Origin: Acidimicrobiia bacterium
GTDB lineage: Bacteria; Actinomycetota; Acidimicrobiia; Acidimicrobiales; JANYDT01
NCBI GenBank assembly: GCA_025359845.1
Contig: JANYDT010000218.1
Location: 10,671 to 74,670, forward strand
Direction: 5' to 3'
DNA: 64,000 nucleotides
The notes below the pieces were generated by a model. The model did not search any database and was not told where the DNA came from. It worked only from the letters and a program-made list of their open reading frames with translations. The translations under genes and the position numbers were made by a program. Shown here piece after piece: positions 52,927 to 61,594 of this stretch; position 1 is the first letter of the stretch; every line of letters starts with the position of its first letter.

Positions 52927-54684
52927 CTAGTGGAACCCCCCGAACCCCCCGAACCCTCCGAAACCACTTCCACAGAAGATGGAGAACTGACAGGGAAGGG
53001 TGCTCGTCGTAACGCTCGGCTGGGTGGTGGGGTTGCCCGGTTGGGTCGTGGGGTTGGCCGGCTGGGTGGTGGAAGTGCTCGAACTCGACGTGGTCGGAGC
53101 CGTGGTGCCTCCGTCCGAACCGCCACAGAAGAACCGGAAGCGACACTGACGAGTTGTCGTGGTCGTCGTAGAACTCGTCGTGGTGGCGCGGGTAGTCGTC
53201 GACGAACTGGTGGATGACGACGACGAGCTCGATGACGTGCTCGACGTGGTCGAGGTGGTGCCGCCGGTACCGCCGCTGGGAGCGATCGCGGCAACGGCGC
53301 CGGGAAGGTAGAGGCGAGGGAAGGACTGGCCGATTCGGGCATCGGACAACGACACACCCGATGAGGTGAGTGCGGTGCGAATTTCTGCGGGGGTTGCGGT
53401 GAGTCGGGCCCCGGCCAACACGGCAACGGCTCCGGCCACGTGGGGGGAAGCCATCGAGGTGCCAGACATAGTCACGCCCCCCGCGGTGATCTCATAGCCC
53501 GGCGCGAGGATCGAAAGGATCGGCGCGGCCGACGATACGCAGGCGATCTTGTCTGGCTGCACCGGTAGGCCATCGCGACACACTTCGGGCGAACCCCAAC
53601 TAATGGCCCCGAATCCGCTTACTGTCGTCCCGTAGGTCATGCCGACCGACAACACACCAGCGATACACGCCGGACCTCCTATGCCCGTGACCCCGCCAGA
53701 GCGATAACCTTCGTTTCCGGCCGAAGCCACCGGTTGGATTCCGTTGGCGAGCAGGGTGGCGACGCCCGAATCGTCTGCGCAATTGCTATTGAAGTTCCCG
53801 CCGCCGAAGCTCATGTTGAGAGCCTTGATATTGAAGCCGGCGTTCTTGCGACCTACTACCCAGCTGACCGCGGCGAGCACATCGTTTGTGTAGATGAACC
53901 CGTCAGCGCGCTCGACGTCAGACACGAAGAGCTTCGTGTCGGGGGCCACGCCCAACACGATTGCGGAAACGTTGGTGCCGTGATTCTGTCCGGGCGGGTT
54001 GTCACGAACCCCGTCGTCAGGAGCCGAATCGATCGAGGCGACGACTTTGCAAGTGGGCGTGCCTGGAGCGGTACACGACCCGAACACCGGTTGCGTGTAG
54101 TCAACGCCGGTATCTAATACGGCTACGTACGTTCCCGCACCCCGATATGGAGGGTTGCCGTTGGCTACCTGCGGCTGCCCGATGTAGGACAGCGAATCGC
54201 TCAAGTACGCCTTCATTCGACGTACCGGGGTCACGCTGGTTACGTTGCTTTGGCCGACCAACGCTCGCAACGCCCTCTCGTCGGCGACGCGCACCACCGC
54301 GCTGTTCACGTTTTCGAAGTCGTTCACGACGGTAACCCCGGAGCCGGCCGTTTCCGCGAAGGTCGATCGTTTCAGATCGCCGAATGCCCTCGGCAAGGCG
54401 CGAGCGGCCCCGGCCGGCAGCTCCTCGCCCTCGACGGGCGCCGATTGGCTCACCTCGAGGGCGTGCTGCGCGGCGATCGGCACCGAGAACGAAACTATCG
54501 CTTCGAGAGGTCCGTTTCTCACCGTGTTCACAATCGTTTGGTCGATCACCCCGCTCGCAAGGCTGGCGTCCAAGGCATCGGCGCCCTGAGCGCCTGCCGT
54601 GTCGACGAGCCCGATCAGGGCAACGGCACAGAGTGCGGAGGCGGCGACGACTGAGCCGACGACAAAGGAAAAGCGGCGCGTCAT
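52927..54684 (-). CDS. Secreted S8 (subtilisin-like) serine peptidase with Ser/Thr-rich linker and unusual Cys-loop/Gly-Phe C-terminal tail
   Basis: Signal peptide. Catalytic contexts VAVLDTGVD, HGTNVSAI, GTSMASPHVAG. The tail is described in the findings. Confidence 0.85.
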   Translation of the reverse strand: MTRRFSFVVGSVVAASALCAVALIGLVDTAGAQGADALDASLASGVIDQTIVNTVRNGPLEAIVSFSVPIAAQHALEVSQSAPVEGEELPAGAARALPRAFGDLKRSTFAETAGSGVTVVNDFENVNSAVVRVADERALRALVGQSNVTSVTPVRRMKAYLSDSLSYIGQPQVANGNPPYRGAGTYVAVLDTGVDYTQPVFGSCTAPGTPTCKVVASIDSAPDDGVRDNPPGQNHGTNVSAIVLGVAPDTKLFVSDVERADGFIYTNDVLAAVSWVVGRKNAGFNIKALNMSFGGGNFNSNCADDSGVATLLANGIQPVASAGNEGYRSGGVTGIGGPACIAGVLSVGMTYGTTVSGFGAISWGSPEVCRDGLPVQPDKIACVSSAAPILSILAPGYEITAGGVTMSGTSMASPHVAGAVAVLAGARLTATPAEIRTALTSSGVSLSDARIGQSFPRLYLPGAVAAIAPSGGTGGTTSTTSSTSSSSSSSSTSSSTTTRATTTSSTTTTTTRQCRFRFFCGGSDGGTTAPTTSSSSTSTTQPANPTTQPGNPTTQPSVTTSTLPCQFSIFCGSGFGGFGGFGGFH

Positions 54685-54776
54685 TGCGCCAGCTTACGAG
54701 AAATCGAAGGCCGGTGGCGTACCACCGGCTTGCGCGTACGCTTATTCGGGGTGCCGGGTAAGGTACCGTCGCCGGC

Positions 54777-55721
54777 GTGGAGGTCACCCGAGCGAACGCG
54801 ACGGGGATTGAAGTGGCCACTCGAGCGCTACGTAACGGAGGCCTCGTGGCGATGCCCACGGAAACGGTGTACGGCCTCGGGGCGGCGGCGCGCGACGAGT
54901 CGGCTGTGGCCCGCATCTTTTCCGTCAAGGGACGCCCCCCCAACCACCCGCTCATCGTGCACATCAGTGATTCCGGCGCTCTCGACGATTGGGGGCGTGA
55001 GCTTTCCGATTCGGCCCGAGAACTGGCGGCCGCCTTCTGGCCCGGTCCACTTACCATGCTGGTCTGGCGGCACCCATCCGTCCTTGACGCCGTCACCGGC
55101 GGACGCGACAGCGTTGGGTTGCGAATGCCCGACCACCCGGTCGCGCTGGAGATCTTGCATGTGTTCGGCGACGGGGTGGCCGCACCCTCAGCAAATCGAT
55201 TCGGTGCCGTCAGTCCCACTCGAGCCGAACACGTTGTCGCCGACATCGGAGCGTGGTTAGACCCGTCGCGAGATGTCATCATCGACGGCGGCGCCTGCGC
55301 GGTCGGCCTCGAGTCGACGATCGTCGACCTAACGACCGACCGGCCCACGATTTTGCGGCCAGGGGCGGTCACGGCCGAGTCGATCGAGGCGGTCGTGGGG
55401 CCCGTTCAACGCACCGACAAGGGTCCGAGCCGCGCCCCTGGCATGCTGGCCGCCCACTACGCACCGGCGTGCGAAGTGATCGTCGCGACCGACGCAGCCC
55501 ACGCCGAACACCTCCTCTTCGAACGCCGATCGGCGTTGCAACGGGCCGAAGTCTTGTCGGTCGAAGACCTCGATACGTTCGCCCGCGATTTGTACGCCCG
55601 CCTTCGCGGCGCCGATGAGCGCGGGCTCGATACGCTCATCGTGATCGTCCCCCCCTCCGAAGGAATCGGCGTCGCAATCATCGACCGGCTCCTGCGAGCG
55701 GCAACCGGCTCGGCCCGTTGA
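54777..55721 (+). CDS. L-threonylcarbamoyladenylate synthase (Sua5/YwlC/TsaC family)
   Basis: VAMPTETVYGLGA, SVKGRPPNHPLIVH, SANRFG, and a C-terminal Sua5 domain. Confidence 0.85.
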   Translation: MEVTRANATGIEVATRALRNGGLVAMPTETVYGLGAAARDESAVARIFSVKGRPPNHPLIVHISDSGALDDWGRELSDSARELAAAFWPGPLTMLVWRHPSVLDAVTGGRDSVGLRMPDHPVALEILHVFGDGVAAPSANRFGAVSPTRAEHVVADIGAWLDPSRDVIIDGGACAVGLESTIVDLTTDRPTILRPGAVTAESIEAVVGPVQRTDKGPSRAPGMLAAHYAPACEVIVATDAAHAEHLLFERRSALQRAEVLSVEDLDTFARDLYARLRGADERGLDTLIVIVPPSEGIGVAIIDRLLRAATGSAR

Positions 55722-55788
55722 TGCCACTTTTGGGGCGTCGGCCACCGAGGTTTCCAGGCCTGCCCGTGACCCCGACATTGGCGATTTG

Positions 55789-56958
55789 ATGGTTCGTTCT
55801 GCGGTCATCGTCGACGCCGTCCGCACGCCATTGGGCCAACGCCACGGAAAGCTCCAGGGTTGGCACCCAGTCGAATTGGCGGCGTTCACGTTGCGGTCGC
55901 TGGTGCAGCGCAATCAACTCGATCCCGCGTTGATCGACGACGTGATCATGGGCTGCGTGATGCAGGTCGGCGAACAGGCGCTCAATATCGGCCGCAATGC
56001 CGTGCTCGGCGCAGGGTTCCCCGAAAGCGTCCCGTCCACCACTGTCGACCGCCAATGCGGATCGAGCCAACAGGCGATTCATTTCGCGGCGCAGGGCGTG
56101 ATGGCCGGTGCCTACGACATCGTGATCGCGGCCGGGGTCGAAAGCATGAGCCGAGTCCCGATCGGGGCCTCGGTGGCTAGTGGCCCTGGTACGCCGTTCA
56201 GCCCGTCGCTCATCGACCGCTTCGGGCCTATGGGCGGCCTGCAACCGCAGGGCATCGGGGCCGAGCTGATCGCAGCGCGGTGGGAGATTTCCCGCGAGGA
56301 CTGCGACCTTTACTCGGTGTCGTCGCATCACCGCGCCGCGCAAGCGGCGTCCGAAGGTCGGTTCGATCGCGAAATCGTCGCCGTCGAAGTCAAGACCGGC
56401 AGAGGCACCGAGCGGTTCCGCGCCGACGAAGGGGTCCGGGCCGACGCATCGGCGGCATCGCTGCGCCGACTCCGGCCCGCGTTTCGCCCCGACGGAAGAA
56501 TCACCTCCGCCAACACCGGTCGCATCGCCGACGGCGCCGCGGCCGTATTGATAATGAGCGAGGCGAAGGCCAACGAGTTCGGGCTTCGCCCCATCGCCCG
56601 CTTCCACACCTTCGCGGTAGCGGGCGTCGATCCAGTCACGATGTTGACGGGCCCAATAGCGGCGACGGAGAAGGCTTTGGCCAAGTCGGGCCTCGACATC
56701 GCTGACTTCGACGTGATTGAGGTGAATGAATCGTTCGCGGCGGTCGTTTTGGCGTGGGAAAAGGAACTTCACCCCGACATGATCCGCGTCAACATCAACG
56801 GCGGCGCGATTGCTATTGGTCATCCGCTGGGCTGCTCAGGGGCCCGCCTTTTGGCCACCCTCGTCTGGGAGTTGGATCGCCGCGGCGGTCGCTACGGCCT
56901 GCAAACCATGAGCGAGGGCGGCGGCATGGCCAACGCACTGATCGTCGAACGGCTTTAG
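55789..56958 (+). CDS. Acetyl-CoA C-acyltransferase (thiolase)
   Basis: VDRQCGSSQQA (active Cys), NINGGAIAIGHPLGCSGAR. Confidence 0.9.
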   Translation: MVRSAVIVDAVRTPLGQRHGKLQGWHPVELAAFTLRSLVQRNQLDPALIDDVIMGCVMQVGEQALNIGRNAVLGAGFPESVPSTTVDRQCGSSQQAIHFAAQGVMAGAYDIVIAAGVESMSRVPIGASVASGPGTPFSPSLIDRFGPMGGLQPQGIGAELIAARWEISREDCDLYSVSSHHRAAQAASEGRFDREIVAVEVKTGRGTERFRADEGVRADASAASLRRLRPAFRPDGRITSANTGRIADGAAAVLIMSEAKANEFGLRPIARFHTFAVAGVDPVTMLTGPIAATEKALAKSGLDIADFDVIEVNESFAAVVLAWEKELHPDMIRVNINGGAIAIGHPLGCSGARLLATLVWELDRRGGRYGLQTMSEGGGMANALIVERL

Positions 56959-57003
56959 TGTCCTGTGGACACTAGGTGGCTGAGTCGGCGTACGCTTTAG
57001 GGC

Positions 57004-57258
57004 GTGTTGCTGATCTTCAAGCTCGCCGTCGCGGCGGTGGCGGCTTACGCAATGCTCAAATTCGGATTCGGAATGCTTCAGGGTCTCGCCCGACCCATCC
57101 CCGAACCGCCCCCCGCCGGCGAACTGCGAAGAGTCAACTTGCGCTACCGATGCCCCAGTTGCGGGACGGAACTGCGCATGACTCGGGCCGTCGACCAAGA
57201 CCCCGAACCGCCCCGGCACTGCATGGACGCGATGGACCTCGTCCGCACCGAGGACTGA
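57004..57258 (+). CDS. Small membrane-anchored protein with Cys-x2-Cys zinc-ribbon-like motif
   Basis: N-terminal TM helix LLIFKLAVAAVAAYAML, then YRCPSCGTELRM...HC. GTG start. Confidence 0.4.
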   Translation: MLLIFKLAVAAVAAYAMLKFGFGMLQGLARPIPEPPPAGELRRVNLRYRCPSCGTELRMTRAVDQDPEPPRHCMDAMDLVRTED

Positions 57259-57313
57259 GCAACCCGACACCCAACTCGGCGCAGATTTCTCAATATCGTC
57301 GACCCCGCGCTTT

Positions 57314-59887
57314 TCAGGCGGCGGCCATGACCCGCGGCCCGGCCGGCCTGATCTTGGTCGACACGCACGAGTGCGTCGGTGCGCCAGCCAACGGCCCCCT
57401 GAAGGCCTGGGCGTTCGGGTGATGGCGGGCGATCGCCTCAGGTCGCCGGCTGAGCCAACCCTCGAGATCTTCGGCCGGGCCTGGGCGCCCGATGTAGTAC
57501 CCCTGAGCCATCGAGCAGCCAACTTCGAGGAGGTACTCGTAAACTTCAGGGGTCTCGACCCCTTCGGCGACCACATCGAAGTGCAAGGAACTGGCCAGCC
57601 CGAGCACCGTACGCACGATGGTCTGGCCCTCGGTATTGGTGTCGAGTTCACGGAGAAAGCGACGGTCGATTTTGACCTCATGGACCGGAAGTTGTTGCAG
57701 GTAAGCCAATGACGACTGACCGGTACCGAAATCGTCGATCGCCAGCCGCACGCCTAACTGGGCGAGCGCGTGGAGGTTGGTCACGCACACCTCGATCTCG
57801 TTCATGACGCTGCTCTCGGTGATTTCGAGGGTGATGCGCTGCGGGTCGACCCTCGCTTCGTGCAACATGGCCGAGATTTTGGCGCTGAGATCGACGTCAA
57901 GCAGATTGCGCACCGACAAGTTGATGGCCACGTCGATATCAATCCCGGCATCGGCCCACGTCCGCTGCTGCTTGATGCCCTCGCGCAGAACGAACATCGT
58001 AATGTCGGCGATGGCACCCGTCTCCTCGGCCATGGGGATGAATTCGTCAGGACGGATAGGTCCGTAAATGGGGCTGGTCCAGCGGATCAGGGCCTCGACG
58101 CCGGCCAACGAGCCATCTTCGAGATCGACTTTCGGCTGGAAGTGCAGCTCCATCTCGCCCTGCTCGATGGCGTTGCGAATCTTCGACATGAGGTTGAGTC
58201 GTCGGGTGGCCACCATGTCAAGTTCGCGACGGAATCGCTCTACGACGGTCTTCTTGCTCTTGGCCGCGTACATGGCGAGGTCGGCGTACTGGAGCAGAAG
58301 GGGCGCCTCGATACCGTCTTGAGGAAACACCGCTATGCCCAAGCTCGTGTCAACCTGGAGTTGGGTTTCGCCCACGGTGATGGGTTCGCGCAGCTCACGG
58401 GCGATGTCACGGCCCACGTCGAGGCCTTCGTTGGCGTCGCCCAAGCGGGGCAGCAAAATGGCGAACTCGTCGCCGCCGAGGCGGGCCACCACCGCATTCT
58501 GCGGCACTATTAGCAGGAGACGATCGGCGATCTGGCGAAGTAGGTCGTCGCCGACGGCGTGTCCGAGCGTGTCGTTCACATCCTTGAACGCGTCCAGATC
58601 GAGCAGGATCACCGCGCCGGTGTCGCCGACCGCCTGGGCGTTCTCGATGGCCAGCGCCGAGCGAGTCTGGAATTGGCGACGGTTGGGAAGACCGGTCAGC
58701 GCGTCGTGGAGCATGTCGTGTTCGCGTTGACGCAACTGGGCCCGAAGTCTGTCCACGAGTCGGCCGTTATCGAGCCAGATGGCGGTCTGGCTGGCCATGG
58801 CCTCGAACACGGCCTTGTCGTCGTCGTCAAAGGTTTTTCCGTTGGGTCGGTGGATCTCGATGGCCATGACGCCGAACACGTCTTGATCAATGCGCATCGG
58901 CACGGCCAACTGGCCGTCGTGGTAATCGACATGCACAGAACCGGTCCGAATGGCGTCAAGAAGGAACGGGCGGACCTCGGCCGTACCGCTTTCCCGGCGG
59001 ATCAACCCGGAGGAATTCGAGGTGAGCACCACGTACCGATCGTCGCTCTCCGAGGCCAGGACGAGTTCGGCCTCCGTGGCGTCGAGCACTTGACGAGCTT
59101 GGTTGGTGATGAACTCGATGCCCTCGTCGCTGGGCGCGGTGGCGGCCACCAACTTGGCGAATTCGTAAGACTGCGAAACCCGTTGGTAGCCGTTGCGGAG
59201 CTGCCCGTAGTTGTTGAACCCCCACAACATCCCGCCCAGCAACACCATGAGCGGCACGAGGTCGACCGGGTTCTGCCGAAACAACAACACCCCAACGAAG
59301 CTCACCGAGCCCACGAGGACCGACTGAACGACGTTGACCATGCTGGTCTGGATAGTGGACTTCCAAGACCACGTCCGGCCGAGCGAAGCGAAGAGGATGC
59401 CGAACACGAGTGCGCAGGCCGCACCCGAGACGAGCAGCCCGAGGAGTACGGCCGGATACCAAATTGCCGATGTTGTGGGCGAAATACCGATCACAAGTCG
59501 GAAAGCCACCAGGAAAGTTCCGAGTACTAGGAGGTCCTTCCCCAAATTGAAGATGGACTTGTGCCACGGGTTGCGGAAGCGCAAGGCCGTCGCGAGTCGA
59601 GCCACGCAAACCACTACCACTTGGCTGATGGGGGGCAAGAAGAACGCCCCTGCTACGAGGCCGAGTTCGGCGGGATGGCAGATCTGAAACGCGTCTCGCC
59701 AGTACAAGCGGATTCCCCGCAAGGTCGAGCCGACCGCAATCGCCCCCACGATCGCAAAGGCCAGTCCTTTCGGCGAATCCGACAGGATACTTGACCGTCG
59801 AGCGAAAGGGGCAAGGAGACAAATACCTAAGGCACCGACGACAAGGCCGTTCCGCACGGCGACCGAGGTTTCCTTCGTGGCGCTCAT
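57314..59887 (-). CDS. Membrane-bound GAF-GGDEF-EAL protein (diguanylate cyclase/phosphodiesterase)
   Basis: About 260-aa multi-TM N-terminus, a GAF-like region, RLGGDEFAILL, and EAL motif GVEALIRW...DDFGTGQSSL. Confidence 0.9.
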   Translation of the reverse strand: MSATKETSVAVRNGLVVGALGICLLAPFARRSSILSDSPKGLAFAIVGAIAVGSTLRGIRLYWRDAFQICHPAELGLVAGAFFLPPISQVVVVCVARLATALRFRNPWHKSIFNLGKDLLVLGTFLVAFRLVIGISPTTSAIWYPAVLLGLLVSGAACALVFGILFASLGRTWSWKSTIQTSMVNVVQSVLVGSVSFVGVLLFRQNPVDLVPLMVLLGGMLWGFNNYGQLRNGYQRVSQSYEFAKLVAATAPSDEGIEFITNQARQVLDATEAELVLASESDDRYVVLTSNSSGLIRRESGTAEVRPFLLDAIRTGSVHVDYHDGQLAVPMRIDQDVFGVMAIEIHRPNGKTFDDDDKAVFEAMASQTAIWLDNGRLVDRLRAQLRQREHDMLHDALTGLPNRRQFQTRSALAIENAQAVGDTGAVILLDLDAFKDVNDTLGHAVGDDLLRQIADRLLLIVPQNAVVARLGGDEFAILLPRLGDANEGLDVGRDIARELREPITVGETQLQVDTSLGIAVFPQDGIEAPLLLQYADLAMYAAKSKKTVVERFRRELDMVATRRLNLMSKIRNAIEQGEMELHFQPKVDLEDGSLAGVEALIRWTSPIYGPIRPDEFIPMAEETGAIADITMFVLREGIKQQRTWADAGIDIDVAINLSVRNLLDVDLSAKISAMLHEARVDPQRITLEITESSVMNEIEVCVTNLHALAQLGVRLAIDDFGTGQSSLAYLQQLPVHEVKIDRRFLRELDTNTEGQTIVRTVLGLASSLHFDVVAEGVETPEVYEYLLEVGCSMAQGYYIGRPGPAEDLEGWLSRRPEAIARHHPNAQAFRGPLAGAPTHSCVSTKIRPAGPRVMAAA

Positions 59888-60256
59888 GCTCGTGCCCTAG
59901 AGGTTGCAAAGCCCGAGGTTGCGGTTTTGGAGTACTTACGGCGCCGACCAGGGACAAAGAGTATACTGAGTATCGACTCAACTCTGAACGCCGTGTCAGC
60001 GACGTTGCAGAAAGCGGTCATCTGCCCGAACTCGGACACGACTAGAAAAGAGGGATATGCGATGCGAGCCACGGATTGGGGTTGATCATGACGTTTGCAC
60101 GGCGATGGACATTGAAAACACATGCATACGACTCATCGACGAGCAGATGTCCGTCCTTTAGCACGTAAGCGCCAAGTCGTTTCGAGAAGTGAGCGCCGCA
60201 AGGCGCTCGTTTCGCAAAATACAGCCTTTTACTTGTACTCAGTGGCATGAGATGTC

Positions 60257-60892
60257 ATGATGACTCGTATGGGATGGACGCTACCGATGTCGGTACTGCT
60301 GGGGCTAGGGGTGGGCGCCTGCGGCGGCAAAACTATTCATCGCGTGGTCACGTCAACCGTGCCCGTCGCCGTCGTCGAGACCACCACAACGATGAAGGTG
60401 GTCTCCTCGCCCCCCACTTCAGCGACTTCACCGACGTCGATCGCGGCACCCACGACCACCTGGCAACCGCTCACCCTCACCCAAGCCGAAGCCATCGCCG
60501 TCGAAGTAGACCACCACGGCGGCGAGGCCTACCGCATCCTTGGCCGGGCTGGAACGGTAACGCCCGAAGGCCTTTCCGAACTCGAACTAGCCTACGGACG
60601 GCGCCAATTGGATCTTGAGCGCCGCCTATTCGAATCGTCCGCCAGCGGCCCTTTCAAGAATGTCGCGGACGTTCACCAAAACGTACGTTCGCTCTTTGAA
60701 CAGTCCCCGAACTGCTTGTCGGTAGTGGTCGACGACGTCCCGGGCGACACACGCACTAAACCCGGTCTCCAGCTATTCGAATTGACGGATCGCTGGCGCT
60801 TGGCCCTCAATGTCCCCGCGACAAAAGTTAAAATCGGCCAGAAGGGAATCGAATGCGCACTTTTGTCCGTGCCAGCGCCGCCGCTGTCCTGA
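60257..60892 (+). CDS. Putative lipoprotein, function unknown
   Basis: Lipobox LLGLGVGAC, followed by a Thr/Ser/Pro-rich linker. More A/T-ending codons than neighbouring genes. Confidence 0.6.
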   Translation: MMTRMGWTLPMSVLLGLGVGACGGKTIHRVVTSTVPVAVVETTTTMKVVSSPPTSATSPTSIAAPTTTWQPLTLTQAEAIAVEVDHHGGEAYRILGRAGTVTPEGLSELELAYGRRQLDLERRLFESSASGPFKNVADVHQNVRSLFEQSPNCLSVVVDDVPGDTRTKPGLQLFELTDRWRLALNVPATKVKIGQKGIECALLSVPAPPLS

Positions 60893-61575
60893 TCGTTTGT
60901 CTCACCCCGTTGACGTCAATCGCATCGGACGTATCGAGCAACTGGAACGAAGGAGCGGTCAAAATTCATCTCCCTGGGCCCACCAGCCACCCTGTAGTGA
61001 ATCCTGGGCACCAGATGACACAGGAAGAGTATTTCGCCTGGTTCCGGGCGAAATACCCAGGGATTCACTACCAAGCCCTCTGCCACGGCGTCCCCTCCAT
61101 ACCCGGCGACCCCTGCCCGGCCGCCCCGCCGCCCGTCTTAGGGCAAAACCCCATCCAAATCCCCGGAGACAACCTCCTCCTCGAAGGCGACCTCCCCCTC
61201 GCCCAACCCAACATCGCACCCGGACGAGCCATCACCGGCCTACGCTCCTACCTCGTCATCAGCGGCGACACCCAATTCGGCGCCAGCCGATCCGACGGCA
61301 TCGGATACGTCTACTACGACTGCAACCGACAAAACACTGTCCACGTCGATTGGGGCGACCACACCGACGAACACTTCGACAACCCCGGCGCCCCCTACCC
61401 CAACGGCACCGTCACCCACGTCTACCAAACCATCGGCGATTACGACGTCACCGTCACCACAAACTGGAACTGCGACTACACCCAAAACGGTGTCCCATTC
61501 CAAAAACAACTCAACAAAACCGCCGTCCTACCCAAATTCCCCGTACTCCAAGTCCAAGCCATCGTCGACGGCTAA
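60853..61575 (+). CDS. Secreted protein with PKD-like C-terminal domain
   Basis: Signal peptide MRTFVRASAAAVLIVCLTPLTSIA. VDWGDHTDE...GTVTHVYQTIGDYDVTVTTNW resembles the PKD pattern WDFGDG...H.Y...G.Y.VTLTV. AAGGGA lies 5 nt before the ATG. The gene overlaps its upstream neighbour by 40 nt. Confidence 0.6.
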   Translation: MRTFVRASAAAVLIVCLTPLTSIASDVSSNWNEGAVKIHLPGPTSHPVVNPGHQMTQEEYFAWFRAKYPGIHYQALCHGVPSIPGDPCPAAPPPVLGQNPIQIPGDNLLLEGDLPLAQPNIAPGRAITGLRSYLVISGDTQFGASRSDGIGYVYYDCNRQNTVHVDWGDHTDEHFDNPGAPYPNGTVTHVYQTIGDYDVTVTTNWNCDYTQNGVPFQKQLNKTAVLPKFPVLQVQAIVDG

Positions 61576-61594
61576 GCCACCAAAGACATTCGGC

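Noticed and set aside
56956-56974. Hairpin TAGTGTCC-TGT-GGACACTA overlapping the thiolase stop codon as a terminator
   Set aside because: It has an 8-bp stem with only a 3-nt loop and no following U tract. It is probably a fortuitous palindrome.
59900-59924. GCAAAGCC-containing segment resembling part of a c-di-GMP-I (GEMM-I) riboswitch next to a GGDEF-EAL gene
   Set aside because: Only one short conserved-looking block is present. The partner GGCAAACC/GNRA-receptor hairpin architecture is missing, and the orientation points away from the GGDEF-EAL gene.
60042-60248. 68-aa ORF in the long spacer upstream of the GGDEF-EAL gene
   Set aside because: Third positions are not G/C-biased as in genuine genes here, there is no convincing ribosome-binding site, and no family motif is recognised. 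It is treated as non-coding leader or spacer sequence.
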